Origin: Eledone cirrhosa
Lineage: Eukaryota
Reading direction: 5' to 3'
NCBI GenBank assembly: GCA_964016885.1
Contig: OZ024760.1
Location: 3,968,001 to 4,032,000 of the forward strand
DNA length: 64,000 bases
Shown here: in pieces, positions 25,193-39,532 of the stretch
How positions within the stretch are numbered: position 1 is the first letter of the stretch
Layout: every line of letters begins with the position of its first letter
Notes under the pieces: generated by a model
What the model was told of the DNA's origin: nothing
What the model saw: the letters and a program-made list of their open reading frames with translations, nothing else
The model's database searches: none
Translations under genes and position numbers: made by a program

Positions 25193-25599
25193 TGTATATG
25201 ACCCCTTAGCCTTTGTCAAGGCAGAATTCTAGGAGAAGGAAAACTCTGATATAACACCTGCAACCCTGATGGTATCCAATGATGTTGACTTGTTCTTCTT
25301 TTTGGTAAATATCATCTTGGTTAAGAGAGTGGGACTGGCTTTGTGCAGTGCCTTTGCTCACTATAAAAGCTTCACGGCACAGGCATTGCTTTATATCTGG
25401 AGATCTCTCTGCACTTGTTGTCACATGGTACCATGGGCCCAGCACTATGTGTCAATAATTGTCACAAGTGTAGTCTTTGTACCAGAGTTTTCAAGTCGCT
25501 GGCTGGACTAAAAAGTCACACTTGTTCAGCGCATCGGTAGGGGTTCTCCTACATGGATATAAAGTAGTGGCCGTACTCGAAAACGAGTTGGCAGCCACC

Positions 25600-25707
<108 letters not shown>

Positions 25708-25819
25708 TTGTATATATATATGTATATATATATATGTATATATATATGTATATATATGTATATATATATGTATATATATATATGTATATATATATGTATA
25801 TATATATATGTATATATAT

Positions 25820-26065
25820 GGATTTTACCAACCTTCCAGGGGTCCGGGTAAATTTTCAATCACAGATATTTTTTATTTGTTTGACCCGAATTACTTGATC
25901 GTTTTTTTGGCTATGCGAATGATTGTTTAGCCATCGTCTCAGTGTGTTTGGCTTTTAACGTTTGTTATAGCTCTGGTTCATCTGAATCATTGAGCACTTG
26001 CCACACATCTCGGAAGTTGTTTTTTGTTATTTCGTGGGCCGAAATGTGATTCTCGATAATTTATA
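25820..26065 (+). mobile_element. 3' fragment of the 585-bp family element in (TA)n
   Basis: Closely similar to 48915-49160 (GGATTTTACCA..GGGGTCCG..TTGACCCGAATTACTTGATCG..TCGTGGGCCGAA..GATTCTCGATAATTT). Confidence 0.7.
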
Positions 26066-26073
26066 TGTATATA

Positions 26074-26276
<203 letters not shown>

Positions 26277-26343
26277 GTATATATATATATATGTATATAT
26301 ATATGTATATATATATGTATATATATATATGTATATATATATG

Positions 26344-26428
<85 letters not shown>

Positions 26429-26594
26429 GTATATATATATGTATATATATATATATATGTATATATATATGTATATATATGTATATATATATGTATATAT
26501 ATATATATGTATATATATATGTATATATATATATATGTATATATATGTATATATATATATGTATATATATGTATATATATATATGTATATATAT

Positions 26595-27025
26595 GTAGGA
26601 GGTGAGTTTTATTGTAGTACAATAAAGCAATGCAGATATCGGATAAGAAGCACTCTACAGTTTGTAGGACTGGAGTATACATAATATAAGATCAAAAGAT
26701 GGTTAAAGGAGTTCCATGTATTTTATTATGCGCATTTCAAAAACAAACATCATCATGCAATAATATTTGTGTTTTCATCAGATAAAACAGGAGAACATGA
26801 TATGAAGGCTAAAAAACACTTGTGGATAGTGCAGTTTTAAATCAACATATCATGATATGTTGATTTAAAACTGCACTATCCACAAGTGTTTTTTAGCCTT
26901 CATATCATGTTCTCCTGTTTTATCTGATGAAAACACAAATATTATTGCATGATGATGTTTGTTTTTGAAATGCGCATAATAAAATACATGGAACTCCTTT
27001 AACCATCTTTTGATCTTATATTATA
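26595..27025. mobile_element. Fold-back non-coding element with outward-facing hammerheads in (TA)n, copy 2
   Basis: Same sequence as 23240-23648 with a different hairpin apex (AACATATCATGATATGTT near 26844-26861). HHR cores at about 26720-26790 (-) and 26918-26985 (+). Confidence 0.8.
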
Positions 27026-27190
27026 TGTATATATATATATGTATATGTATGTATGTATGTGTGTGTTCGTGTGTTTCAATGTAGTTCGATAGATTGTATT
27101 TTTGTTGTTTTTTGGAGGAGACACTCTTGTATCGAACCGTTTGTTTAATTCGTTATGCTCTAACTAATTCCCACCGTTTCTATCATCAGC

Positions 27191-27561
27191 AACAAAAGCA
27201 AGCCACTCCAACCAGTACCAGTAGTGGAACCATGTCCTGCAGTGTTAGTGAAAGTGCTCTCCATGAATGGGCATCCTGGCGCATCAAACTCAATGAAGGT
27301 TTCTCAAACGATATTAAAGTCTACTTCGAAAGTTCGGCCACGAATTCCATCCCAGACGATCTTCCGAATCCACTTGATGGTCGCTTGGACACAGAGCCGT
27401 TCAAAAACAAAACGAAAATCCCCAACTTCGGTTTGAACATGCGACAGACGTACGGCCGGAAGTTGGCCAATCACCTGCAGAGTCACGTGATGTCTGATGA
27501 TTCTTACTTGATATACGGATTACCCAGGGTTAAGATCAATAGGGATAAGGAGCATGTTTGA
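27191..27561 (+). CDS. Possible terminal coding exon or gene fragment of unknown protein
   Basis: Non-repetitive, GC-richer open frame of about 120 aa (ESALHEWASWRIKL...GRKLANHLQSHV...) after a CAG candidate acceptor at 27188-27190. No family recognised. Confidence 0.3.
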
Positions 27562-28062
27562 CATCATGTAGCAGCTAAAAGATGACTATGATGATGATGA
27601 TGATGACTTCTTTTGTTTTTTTCATTTTCAAGTTTATATTTTTTATAATGTATGCATGTTAAGGACCCGTAACACCCAATAGACTCGTAGGGGCACCGTC
27701 GTCACATACGATGTGGTGGCACTGTCGATTTCTTCCAGAGTAAGAGAAGAATAGACTCCAGTAATGGACTGGTACTTTTTTTTTTATTGGGTCGTCATGT
27801 ATGAAATTTGTAGAAAAAAAAACATATGACCATATGCCCCACTACAAATCTCAAACTTGACGATCCAATATATTGACCACGAAAAGAGTAGAAGGCAAAA
27901 GTAACCACGGCGAGATTTGAACTCAAAAGGCGAGGAGAAATACAGCAAAACATTCTATTCGACGTTCTAACCTAGCCAATTCGTTACATATTTTTATACT
28001 ACTATTCTTATCTCTTATTCTTCCATTTAATTTTTCTGTTTACGATTCCAATATTATGGTTA

Positions 28063-28230
28063 CCGTATTTCCCGGCGTCGAAGACGCTACTTTTTTCCTA
28101 AAATAAGTCTCAAAAACCTACCATGCATCCTGGAGGCCGAAGGTTGTTCATAATTTTTTTTCAAATTTTTGGTTGTCAAAATTAGGGTACGTCCTCGAGG
28201 ACGAAGCGTCTTCGGCGCCGGGAAATAGGG
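28063..28230. mobile_element. Tc1/mariner-pogo-type MITE
   Basis: TIRs CCGTATTTCCCGGCGTCGAAGACGC / GCGTCTTCGGCGCCGGGAAATAGGG, flanked by TA on both sides. Confidence 0.8.
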
Positions 28231-28352
28231 TATTTCTATTTCCGGATTTGTTTTGTTTTTATATATTTTTATATTGAATATTTTTTTCAATTCTTGCAAA
28301 TCTTTAAAGTTCCATATTCGGGATGAAGTAATTTTGGCAATAATTTCTACAC

Positions 28353-28672
28353 CAGTGGTTCCTAAACTTTTGTGCACTATGCTCCACCTCAACAATTATT
28401 ATCACCCCCACTACCACCACCTTGATATGAAAACGGTGATGATCAACTGAAAAATGTAAACAAATTGGTGTGTAGGTGGTGCCAGATGCACAATAATGTG
28501 TAGAGAAACTGAGAGAATAGTTTCCAACAGTAATATGTACCAAAATTGCTTTGATATAAAAGTAATAATGTAAAAGCTGAAGTTTGCTCTCATTGTCATC
28601 ATTTTCAAATTGTCCCCTTAAATATTCAAATTGACCCCCTGAGGGGTGTGCGCTCCACGTTGGGAATCACTG
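28353..28672. mobile_element. hAT (Charlie-like) MITE
   Basis: TIRs CAGTGGTTCCTAAAC / GTTGGGAATCACTG; 8-bp TSD TTCTACAC/GTCTACAC; empty-site paralogue near 31740. Confidence 0.8.
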
Positions 28673-29204
28673 GTCTACACCAATCACATTGGCCTTTCCT
28701 ACAATGACGCAGCAACACTCACCAACATTACTTCATCCTGAAGAAGAAACTGTAAAAGTCTAGAAACATTGCTGATGGATTTAGGAACCTCTTTTTTTTT
28801 CAAACAAACTGCAAGGAATTTATGCGAAAATATTGAAAATAAAAAAGGACTGGGATTTCATAAAAATGATAACACTGTCATGTTATACATGTATATAGTT
28901 TTGTTTTCTATGAAAGTAAATAATGGTGGTGTTGGCGGTGTTAATGACGATGGTGATATAGTTGTGGTGATCGTGGTGATTCTTACTTGACATACGAATT
29001 TCTCAGGATTAAAATCAATAAGGTTAAGGAGATATATGACATCCAGTAGCAAACAGATGGCCATGATGATGATAATAATCATGTTCACAATCTTGATAAT
29101 TTTTCTGTATATTATTATTTTACAGTTTATATCCTCTATATAACTATATATTTTTCTTTCATCTTTTCAAAACTCTTTTGTTTTTGTTGTTGCTAGTATT
29201 CACA

Positions 29205-29350
29205 CACACATAAAGTAAACAGAAATAAAGCAAACGACACAGTAGAATGAAGAAATATATTAGTTATTAGTTTTACGCCTGATATAGTAGGAAAAGAGTC
29301 TAAACGTTTCGGACGCTAGTCCTTCATCAAAAAATAGAATGGGAAATTAA
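29205..29350 (-). mobile_element. Penelope-like pLTR fragment with degenerate minimal HHR (family of 36180-36640)
   Basis: Minus strand TTGATGA AGGAC TAGC GTCC GAAACGTT. Confidence 0.55.
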
Positions 29351-30088
29351 AGAAGAAATAAAAAGATGGAGAAGAGTGAGCGGGGGAAAGAAAATTCCTT
29401 CGAGTAAAAGCATGTCTGTTCATATCACCACCTCTCATACACAACCAAGACTGTCATTTGCCTCATCTAGAACGTAAACAAATTCAGACCAAACCACGCT
29501 ATCCACGAACACAAGCAAATGCAAATTATAATCCCACAATCAGCTCTACCCACCATACACAAACCACACCAGTCAGAAATTAATTTCTAACGTGTTCTTT
29601 GAAACCTTACCCCATTTCTCTCAGTAAAACAGCAACCAACCTGCTTCAATTACTGCTATGGTGAGGACTGACGTCAGCAGGCTGCAGCCGTTATATAACG
29701 TAGTACGAGGCAGTTTGGTATTAAAAGGGTTAAACTAAGAAGAATCAAAACTGACCTGGAGCTGTGTGCGTATAATTCATATACAGAATAACACACACAC
29801 GAGTATATGCAGATACTTGATTGTATCAACATCATATACGAAACCTATCCATTTCGCCAGCTCAGTCACGCCCCTATATATATATATATACATGTATGTA
29901 TACAAACACACATAATTACATATGTATCCGGTATACAGCCACACAAATATAAGTACATACATATATCTATACATTCCCCTCTTCAAATCTTTAATCTTAT
30001 CAATTATATCACAAATGGAATTCTTCTTTTACATATTTTTTTAAGGACAATGTATTTAACATCAAACTGATAAGAATCACTATATTAA

Positions 30089-30270
<182 letters not shown>

Positions 30271-30555
30271 TTTAATGGAATATATGAAACAAGAAATATT
30301 AAATCCCTTTGTATAATTACTATCGATACTTCATATCTTATTACTAAAAAAAAAGTAAAAAATGTTTTTAAATTATCTGAAAACAAAAACAAAATGGACG
30401 AATAGTTTCTGCACAGACATTATGGACGCTTCTGGAACAACGAAGATCGTCTGCAAATTCAATGGTTCTTTATCGGTAACTTGATTCAAGATAAACAAGA
30501 CAATTTTACTAGTTTTGCTTCCTTTGCCAAATGTTTATACATGTAATTATTTTGA

Positions 30556-30862
30556 AGCGGTGCATTGGTAGTATCGGTAAAGCGTCAGACATTATGCTTT
30601 GCAGCATCGAGTTATGGTTCTTTAACGTTCTGATTTCAAATCCCGCCGCGGTTAACTTTGCCTTACAGGGTCAATAAAATAAAGCACCACTAATGCACTG
30701 GGGTAATTGCTGGCCTTGTGCCAGAAGTAGAAACAGTTATTTTTAAGTTTAAAATATATAATTGTTTCTACTTTTGGCACATGGCCAGAAATTACTCCAG
30801 TGCATTACTGGTGTTTTATTTTATCGACCCTTTAAGGATCAAAGGCAAAGTTAACCTCGGCG
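30556..30862. mobile_element. Tail-to-tail pair of tRNA-derived SINEs
   Basis: Plus copy 30556-30740 ending GGCCTTGTGCCAGAAGTAGAAAC; minus partial copy 30762-30862. Confidence 0.75.
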
Positions 30863-30899
30863 ATATAATATCAAACGAGTAGAAGTAAACTTACACACA

Positions 30900-31222
30900 G
30901 ACGTACACCAGGTCCGAATACAGAGGAGCCGAATTCCCACTGTCCTCGCCTCCATCTCTCTCACCCTCCCCATCTCTCACTAGTATGAGCAAATGGGAGC
31001 CCACACGCTGGCCGCCCCACGGCCCCGGCGGACAGAATAGAGAAGGCGTTTCCCCGGAAGATGGTGGGGGAGATGCACTGGAAGAGCCATTCCATCTCGC
31101 GAGGCTCACACCTGCGGCTAGCCAGCTCAGCGCCTATGGTGATGAGTAGGGAGGTAGCTCTAGGGCCAAGGATATCACAAGTCTCCACTGCTTGGGGCTC
31201 GACTGCAAACCTGTCGGAGAGC
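30900..31222 (-). mobile_element. CRE-clade non-LTR retrotransposon 3' fragment (RLE C-terminus)
   Basis: AVET..ILGP...IGAELASR..EPREMEWLFQCIS..IFRGNAFSIL; homologous to 37530-37800. Confidence 0.7.
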
Positions 31223-31319
31223 GACTGTTGTTGTTGTTGTTGGTCGTGGTGGTGGTAGTTTGCAGAGCAAATATTATGATTACTGTATATTCTATTGTCC
31301 GTTAAGTCTTAACAAGGAA

Positions 31320-31535
31320 GGACCGTGGATTGACAGAACCGTTGGAGCCTCGGACAAATGCGTCCAGTATTTGTTCCAGCTCTTTACGTTCTGATTTCAA
31401 ATTCTGCCGGGGTCAACTTCACCTTCCATCCTTCTGGAGTCGATAAAATAAAGCACCAGTCAAGTACTGAAATCGATATAATCAACTTTGCTCTCAAAAC
31501 TACTGGCCTTGTGCCTAAATTAGAAATCATTATTT
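31320..31535 (+). mobile_element. Old tRNA-derived SINE
   Basis: TTCAAATTCTGCCGGGGTCAACTTCACCTTCCATCCTTCTGGAGTCGATAAAATAAAGCACCAG...GGCCTTGTGCCTAAATTAGAAATCATTATT. Confidence 0.7.
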
Positions 31536-32134
31536 CTGGTTTCGATCCAATTATTTTAGTTGTTTCTTTTTCAGATTTGAATTTTTTTTATTTTTATAAT
31601 TGAATAATTTTTCAGTTCTTTTGGAGATTTAATATCGACTGGTAGGTCTTTATTGTCAAAGGAAAGTTTCTAAATACGTTCTTCAACGGTCCTAGATCAT
31701 TATAATCCCATCTTTGGGGTGAAATAATTTTGGCGATATCTACATCAGTCATTGACCTTTCCTACAATGACGCAACAACATACGCCAACATTACTTGAAA
31801 ATTAATCTATAAAGGTCTAGAAACATTGATGATATATTTAGGAACCTCTATCGTTTCAAACCAACTACGAAGAATTTATATGGAAATAGCGGAAGGGGGA
31901 TATGGAAAAATAAAGATAAAAACTAGGACACAATTGCGATGTTGTTTTTAGTGGTGGTCTGGTGATTGCGGTAGCTTTTGTTGTTAGTAGTGGTAAGAAC
32001 TGATGTTGATAGTGGTGTTGGGAGTGTTGGTGGTGATGATGCCCATTCTTCACTATTGCATCATCAGTTACATTGTAAACAACACCCATCCTATACAACA
32101 AAAACGATGTCTTCTCTTCCGTTATGACATCATA

Positions 32135-32511
32135 GTAACACTTCCACTACCAACAACAACAAAACCATCAACACCAACAACAACAACACCACTGCCACTA
32201 ACAACAACACCATCAACCCCACCACCAACATCAACCTCACCACCACCAACAACACCATCAACGCCAACAACACCACTACCACCAACACCATCAACACCAC
32301 TACCAACAACAACACCATCAACCCCACCACCACCAACAACACCATCAACCCCACCAACAACAACAACACCATCAACCCCACCAACAACAACAAAACCATC
32401 AACACCACCAACAACAACACCATCAACCCCACCACTAACAAAAACAACAATAAAACTACTAATAACACTACTATTAACAGCATTATCAAAAACAACAACC
32501 TCGATAATATG

Positions 32512-32543
<32 letters not shown>

Positions 32544-32820
32544 ACAGCAACACATCACCAGCACCATCGTCGTTATCAACATTATCATGATCACCACCAC
32601 CACCACCAACACCATCACAAAGGAAAGTTTAGGCAATCCCAGCTATGTGGTCACTGACCTAACTACTTAACAACTTTCCCCTACCACTACTACCACTGCT
32701 ACCACAACCACCAATACCTGCAGGCCCACCACAATCATAACCATCACCACAACCCCCACAACACTACCACACCAAGCCCATAACTACTATAACGACCATC
32801 ACTAAAATTAACAACACAAG
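32135..32820. repeat. (CAA/CCA/CAT)n low-complexity trinucleotide region
   Basis: Read directly from sequence. Confidence 0.85.
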
Positions 32821-33020
32821 TGCCGCAACTACCATCACCAGCACCACCATCACTGCACCTCTTACCCTATAAATATATGATAGTCACGGCCGGGACGCCT
32901 TCGTGATTAAGATTGTAACAACACTAGTGCCGCAACTACCATCACCAGCACCACCATCACTGCACCTCTTACCCTATAAATATGTGATAGTCACGGCCGG
33001 GACGCCTTCGTGATTAAGAT
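32814..33020. repeat. About 107-bp direct tandem duplication
   Basis: AGTGCCGCAACTACCATCACC...GACGCCTTCGTGATTAAGATT occurs twice. Confidence 0.85.
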
Positions 33021-33183
33021 TAATCTGGTCCTAAGTAACAAGAATACTATTATAAAGAAATGGGTGAGGGTCGGACAAAGATTAAGTTATATCTACTTCG
33101 CAACTTCTATCAACATTTACTCACACACGAAAAGCACACGGATACAGCACAAATCAAACGTTACCGTAGTTTGCCGCCCCCTT

Positions 33184-33290
<107 letters not shown>

Positions 33291-33408
33291 TTTTTCTGTG
33301 TTGCACCATAGAGCATGTGTGTTTACGTATGTCATTGTGTTTATATGTGGGTGGAGATGTGTGCTGATGTAGGTATGTATGTTAACGTGTGTATGTTGTG
33401 GGTTCGTC

Positions 33409-35045
33409 TTAGGGAGAAGTGTTTAGACGGGGTCCGTATTTGTTAATGAAGTAAGATTCCTTGCTGATGCGCTGGGTGTGGGTGGCATTATCTTTAAATT
33501 TGTAGAGGGGAAAGATTCTGAAGTTGGGATGATTTTGGGCGGCACAGGTATCAATGTGTTCACTCAGTGGTATTTTCCTGTATTCCCGTATTTTAATTTG
33601 GGATCTATGGACAGTCATGCGTTGGCGGAGGCTGTTTTTGGTCTGGCCTATGTATTGTTCTCGACAACCTGAACAAGTTAATACATATATTAGATTTTCC
33701 GATGCACATGTGAAATTGTGTTTCACTATAAAACGTTGTCCATCTTTGAAATAGAATTCCGAACCCTCTATTAGGTTGATGCAAATGCCACAGTTGGGTC
33801 TATCGCATTTTTTTACTGTGGGTTTCGTTGTTGTGGTTGGCAGTACTTTGGCATGTGTTAGGATGTTTTTCATTGACTTGGATTGTCTTTTGCTCTTTAT
33901 GATATCGTGTGTTCGTAGAATTTGGTTCATTCTATGGTCCTTTTTCAACACAGGGATGTTCTGGAGGATGGTGTCAAAGGCCTCATTGTTGAGAGGGTTG
34001 TGTGTGGAGATGTATGGAAGGGCTTTTAGTTTCGGCTGATTTACTTTAGGGTCCTGGGTACTGAGTTTTAGGGCACGTTGGATTCCATTGTCAATTAGTG
34101 ATGCAGGGTAGTCCCTGCCTATGAGTGTGTCCTTTAGTTCTTGTAGCCGTAAGTAGCAGATGTTTTTATTGGAGACTATAGTACAGATTCTCTTGGCTAA
34201 GTTGTAGGGAATATTAATTTTAACATGTCTAGGGTGGCAAGAGTTGAAGGGGAGATATTGCTTGGAGTCTGTGGGCTTGTAGTATATGTCTGTTTCGATT
34301 TTTTTGTTATGGATCTTAATGAGGATGTCGAGGAAGGGGAGTTGTTGATGGCTGTATTCCATCGTGAAGTTAATATTCGTGTTGAGCCCATTTATAAGGG
34401 TGTGAAATTCTTTAAGTTTTTCGATGTTTTCGTGCCAAAGGATGAAGCAGTCATCTAGATATCGCTTCCAGTTCCTTTCAATGTGTAAGTGGAGGGTGTT
34501 TCCAAATTTGTTTAGGACTTTAGTGTAGAGGGTGATTTCCAGGTATCCCATGACTAGGTTGGCATAAGTGGGGGCTGTTTTCGTTCCCATAGCGGTCCCA
34601 GATGTCTGCCTGTAGGGTTTGTTATTGAAAACGAAGTAATTGTTCTCCAAGATAAATTTGAGTCCCTCTATCGCAAATTCTTTTTTGATGCGTTGTGGGA
34701 GTTCATTGTGGAAATTATCCAGCCAGAATTGGATAGCTTCTATTCCTAGGTTGTGGGGGATGTTGGAGTATAGGTTGACTACATCGAACGTCACTAGTAG
34801 GGTTTGTTCAGAAAGTTGCATATTAGGGAGGTGATTGAGCATATCTAAGTCGTCCCTTATATAGCTTTTGATGTGTTTGAGGAAGGGTTTGAGAAGGGTA
34901 TCAATGAAGTTGCTAAGACGGTGCGTTTCGCAAGCGGGGCCTGCTATTATAGGTCTTAATTTGAGATCATTGGGTGAGGGGACATTGATGACTATGTCTG
35001 TGGCTTCCTTGCATGCCTTACTTATTGATTCGCTTTTATGTACTT
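33409..35045 (-). CDS. Penelope-like element ORF: RT + GIY-YIG endonuclease, 5'-truncated, open frame of about 545 aa, flanked by (TA)n
   Basis: LRPIIAG, TFDVVNLYSNIPH, QTSGTAMG, RYLDDCF, LPFLD, YKPTD..QYL...SCHP, Cys linker CDRPNCGIC, NLIYVLTCSGCREQYIGQT, LRQRMTVH, E..FI.K..PRLN. Confidence 0.92.
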
Positions 35046-35136
35046 TATATATATATATATATTGCTTTGTGATTGATTGCCTCAAACAATTCGATTAGTA
35101 CCTGCTATATTGTGGCCACAACTTCGATTCATACCC

Positions 35137-35189
<53 letters not shown>

Positions 35190-35330
35190 TAACAGATTAA
35201 TGTTTAAGCAAAGAATCGCTGCTTTCACCCTTCTTTACCCGATTTTTATAAGCTTTGGATTTTAGTCTTCAAATGTATTATTATTACTATATATATATAT
35301 ATTCTTTGCCCACTTATCCCTGAGAGGATC

Positions 35331-35409
<79 letters not shown>

Positions 35410-36179
35410 CTCCCATGAGTTCGGCGGTAGATCTTCTACTTTTACGAATATAACCATTCTGCATCTTACTATGTATCGTTTCCAATTTCTCCACCGTCAC
35501 ACTATACTCCATTGTACGCATGTTTGTTGTTTGTTTTATAAGTTTTCTTAATGTTGTTGTTCAATATGTAAGGTTTACAGTAAAAGAAGGATTATCTCCT
35601 CAGACACTTTATAATCCCATCTCTAAGTAGATTCAATTATTAACGAATCGAGGTTTAACGAGATTTAACGTGATTTAATGCATTTCATGTCATTAACGTA
35701 ATGAGCTGGCTTTTATAACTGTTATGTCTATTGTCGCTACCCCCACCTCTCTCACCTCCATCGCTTTCTGTATATACCTGTATGTATATATGTATATAAT
35801 TATGTGTGCAAATACCTATATGTCAGTGAAACGTTTGCATACATATGAGATGTGTGCGTGTCTACATGTACATGTGGTATGTATGGATTGATGGAAGGAC
35901 TTGTGTGTGTGTGTGTGTGAATGCATGTACGTACGAACAGATGCATGTACGTATGTGTGTATGTGTTTATGTATGTATGACCGGTCGCTCTTGAAAGCTA
36001 CTGTTAACATGTAACCCTGTAAACCTGTTACATGGCCAGGTTAATGGTAAGTATTCCGGTAAACCCGAACCCCATCAAGTTTGGATGGAAAACAGAATCT
36101 GTCAACGGCAAGGGGGACAAGAGCCATCGGCCATCCAATAAAGTGCATATATGCTACTGTCCATTATATGTGTGTGTGA

Positions 36180-36640
36180 GTGTGTAAAAGGTAAACAGGA
36201 ATAACAACACCATCGGTACAGTATATGGAAGGAATATATTAAGGTTAACGCTCAAAATAGCAAGAAGAGGGTCTTAACGTTTCGGACGCTAGTCCTTCAT
36301 CAGAAGAAAGAATGAAAAATAAGATAGATTGAAGGGACGGGCGCGTTGGAATTGAAAAAAATGTCTTTAGATAAAAATAACAGGTCCATTCATGTTGACA
36401 TCTCTTGCCAAGCTGTTGATGCTGGCGTTTTGTGTATGATTTATTTTTTTTATAGAAAAGTGGATGATGGAGCGCGTCTACCTGATGCGCGCGTGCGCGT
36501 GTGTGTAAAAGGTAAACAGAAATAACAACACAAACAATACAGTATATGGAAGAAATATATTAGTTTAACGCTTGAAATAGCCGGAAGAGGGTCTTAACGT
36601 TTCGGACGCTAGTCCTTTATCAGAAGAAAGAATGAGAAAT
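36180..36640 (-). mobile_element. 320-bp-period partial tandem with minimal hammerheads (Penelope pLTR or retrozyme-like)
   Basis: HHR 36272-36307 (-): TCTT CTGATGA AGGAC TAGC GTCC GAAACGTT AAGA. Second copy 36592-36627 has CTGATAA. Confidence 0.7.
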
Positions 36641-36693
36641 TAAAAAAAATTTCTCATTCTTTAATGACTTGATTTTTTATTTCATTGTTTTAA

Positions 36694-36775
<82 letters not shown>

Positions 36776-37529
36776 ACACACACACACACACTGAGCTGGC
36801 ACTTTTTTCAACCTCGAGAGGATAATAGGCAAAGTGGATGTCGGCGGGATTTAAATTCAGAACTCACTGACACGGAAGAAATATGCAACGTTCTACCGAC
36901 GCTGCCAAATTTACCGTCTAATGTGAGTGTGCGTGTGTTCAGGTATTTATGTATGGGAATATTCCTATTTAAAAGCTGCGGCTTCCCTCACGACCCGCAC
37001 CCCACCCCTCAACGCAAGTCAAGACATGGATTTCTTCGCGGCGATTGGAGTATCACATGCCCCATGCGATCATAAAATACCTCCACTTCCGTAATTTCAT
37101 CACTCAAAAGGTGTAGTACAGGCGGGTGCGATCGTAAAGATTATTAAATGGCTATGGTGCAAGGGAGACAACTCATAGAGTTTATATTTTTTTCGTCATA
37201 TAATTTTTGCTTCGTTTATTTTACACTATTGAATGTGTGATGCGGCGTGTTTAGTGTATGTGTTTACGTTTAAGTGTGTGTGTGTGTGTGTGTATGTATT
37301 TCTGCATACGTATAAGTGTGTGTGTACGTATGTGAATGTGTACGTAAGCAAACATGTGTGTGTGTTGGTATTGTTGTTTAACGCAAAATCAACGTTAACC
37401 GAGACCATCATATCTCATGTGTAGTTTTAGTGATGAAGACAATCTGGTGAAAATGTTTATATTTAGTGTCATTGTCTTATCATGTGTGTGAGTGCGTTGA
37501 TGTTTTCTCTCTCTCTCTCACTCTTTCAC

Positions 37530-38132
37530 TCAGTCTCTCTCGCTCACCCCATCTCTCACTATTATAAGCAAATGGGAGCCCACGCGCTGCCCACCCCGCG
37601 GTCCCGGCACACAAAATAGAGAAGGTGTTTCTCCAGAGGTTGGTGAAGGAGACGCACTGGAAGAGCCATTCCAGCTGGTGAGGCAAACACCTGTGGGTAG
37701 CCCACTCCGTGCTGATGGTGGTGAGTAGAGATGTGGTCCTAGGGCCAAGGACACCAGAAGATCCACTGCTACGAGCTTGACCGTAAACCTGCCGAAAAGT
37801 GATCGATATTTGGAGAGTTTACCCTCCACGGCCCGAAGTGCAGTAGAGCCTAGATTATTCGCAGACTGCACCAGGTTGCCGCTGGAGAAAGTGTTGTTGC
37901 ATGTGGCTTCCCAGATGAGGTGTTTGCCACCGCGGAACGAGAAGAACGTCATGCCGTCTGGCCTTTTGACAATGAGGTGCTTGGCGTACCTCGACGCCGG
38001 CTCAGGTGGACAGCTGTTGAAGAACTGCCTAGCTGCAAGTGCGTCCCCCTCACACTCACCGGACACGCCGACTCCTAGTTGCACTGGGCTGAGCTCCTCG
38101 CCCACTTCAGGTGTGATGAATCTGCAGAGCAA
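37530..38132 (-). mobile_element. CRE-clade non-LTR retrotransposon, internally deleted
   Basis: PVQLGVGVSGECE (RT) joined to KRPDGMT..GGKHLIWEATC, K.SKY and LFQCVS..LWRNTFSIL (RLE). Confidence 0.75.
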
Positions 38133-38789
38133 TCAAGGGGGATCACTCTTTCTACATTTTACTCTTGTATGCATAACTCAAGATAAAATAAAATAAATCG
38201 GAAACAAAATTATCAGTGGCTAACATCAGTTGTGAATATTGACAATAACAACACCACAGCTACAATGACAACCAACATCAGCCACACCGCCGCCACCCAT
38301 ATCTACAATCACCATCAACACCACAATCTCCACTACCAAAACCACTATCATTATCACCACAACAACCACCAATACAACGTCCGTCACCAACACCTCAACT
38401 ATCACCTTTACGACAATAACACCACAACCACCACTACAAACAATACCAGTTCTACTGTTAACAATGAAACCATGTCAAAAATATCTTACTAGACTTCCTG
38501 GAAGTTAAATGCCCTGAAATGTCTAGATGTGAGTTGTCAATGAAATTGTAAATTTTCATCTTTAAAGCAGTGGTTCCCAGAGTGGGTTCCGCAAATGACT
38601 GTCTGGAGCCCATTGCCAGATTCTAGCAGAAGCATTAGTAGGGATCTGCTTTTAGGGGTGGAAAAATATACATCAAAGATCTGTGATCCGTGTTGAACTT
38701 GAATTTTTTACCTAGCAGGAATTGTTTGAGACAGGTAACAGCCCGTACGATGGCAAATGCTTCGCGTTCGATATTTGACCAATTTTCTT

Positions 38790-39175
38790 GATACATATAG
38801 GACAGTAAGTAGTTTAGGCTTCAACGCTGGTTCTTTGCATAGTTCGTCTTTAATATTCTCAAACTCATGTTGGTGCTTGTCTGCCCACTCAAAACGATGG
38901 GCAGTAGTTAGTTTCTGCATGTTTATTATTTTCTCACTGAAATTTGAAATGTATCGCCCGAAGCATCCGATTAGTCCAAGAAAGGATCGCAGTTCTTCAG
39001 TGTTCTTGGGCTGATTTAATGCCATGATTCTGTCGACGAGCCCTTTATCACGCTTAATTCCTTCTGCCGATATCACAAGACCTAAAAATGTGATGACTCT
39101 TTTGAACGCAATTTTCGCGGTTGACGCTGACTTGCTTCGCGCGTAATCTTCCGAAGATGGAATTTAAATGTTTAG
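38790..39175 (-). pseudogene. Gypsy-type pol fragment (RT C-terminus / RNase H linker)
   Basis: FLGLVISAEGIK...PKNTEELRSFLGLIGCFGRYISNFSE...FEW...FENIK..LC..P.L. Confidence 0.75.
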
Positions 39176-39532
39176 TCAGGCTCTCTATATATAAGATTAA
39201 GGAATCCACAAGTCTGATGAGCTATCGATTCTAGTGTAGTGACCCACATTCCGCGGGCTCACATACATTCTCTGTGCGTGATTTGGCTCAGCTCAGCCAA
39301 TCAGCGCCAGTAGAAGAGGATGTATCCCTACGCGTCCTGAGGGAGAAATTACCCGCGAAGATTTGAAGAATCTCTCTCTCGCACCAGGAACTTCGAACCA
39401 GCAACACGTACATGTGACGGTGAGATTTTGCACCTTGGCCTACCGGCTTTCCGGCGCAATGGCACATTCCCTTTTGTAACCTCATTTTATGTGTAACTTC
39501 AACCATACAAGTTAACCAACATTATTCTTTGA

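Noticed and set aside
32003-32636. Mucin-like Pro/Thr ORF and antisense Val/Leu ORFs
   Set aside because: Trinucleotide low-complexity DNA that is open in several frames, with no splice or domain evidence.
39210-39230. CTGATGA as a hammerhead core
   Set aside because: No stem II, GAAA or stem I context follows.
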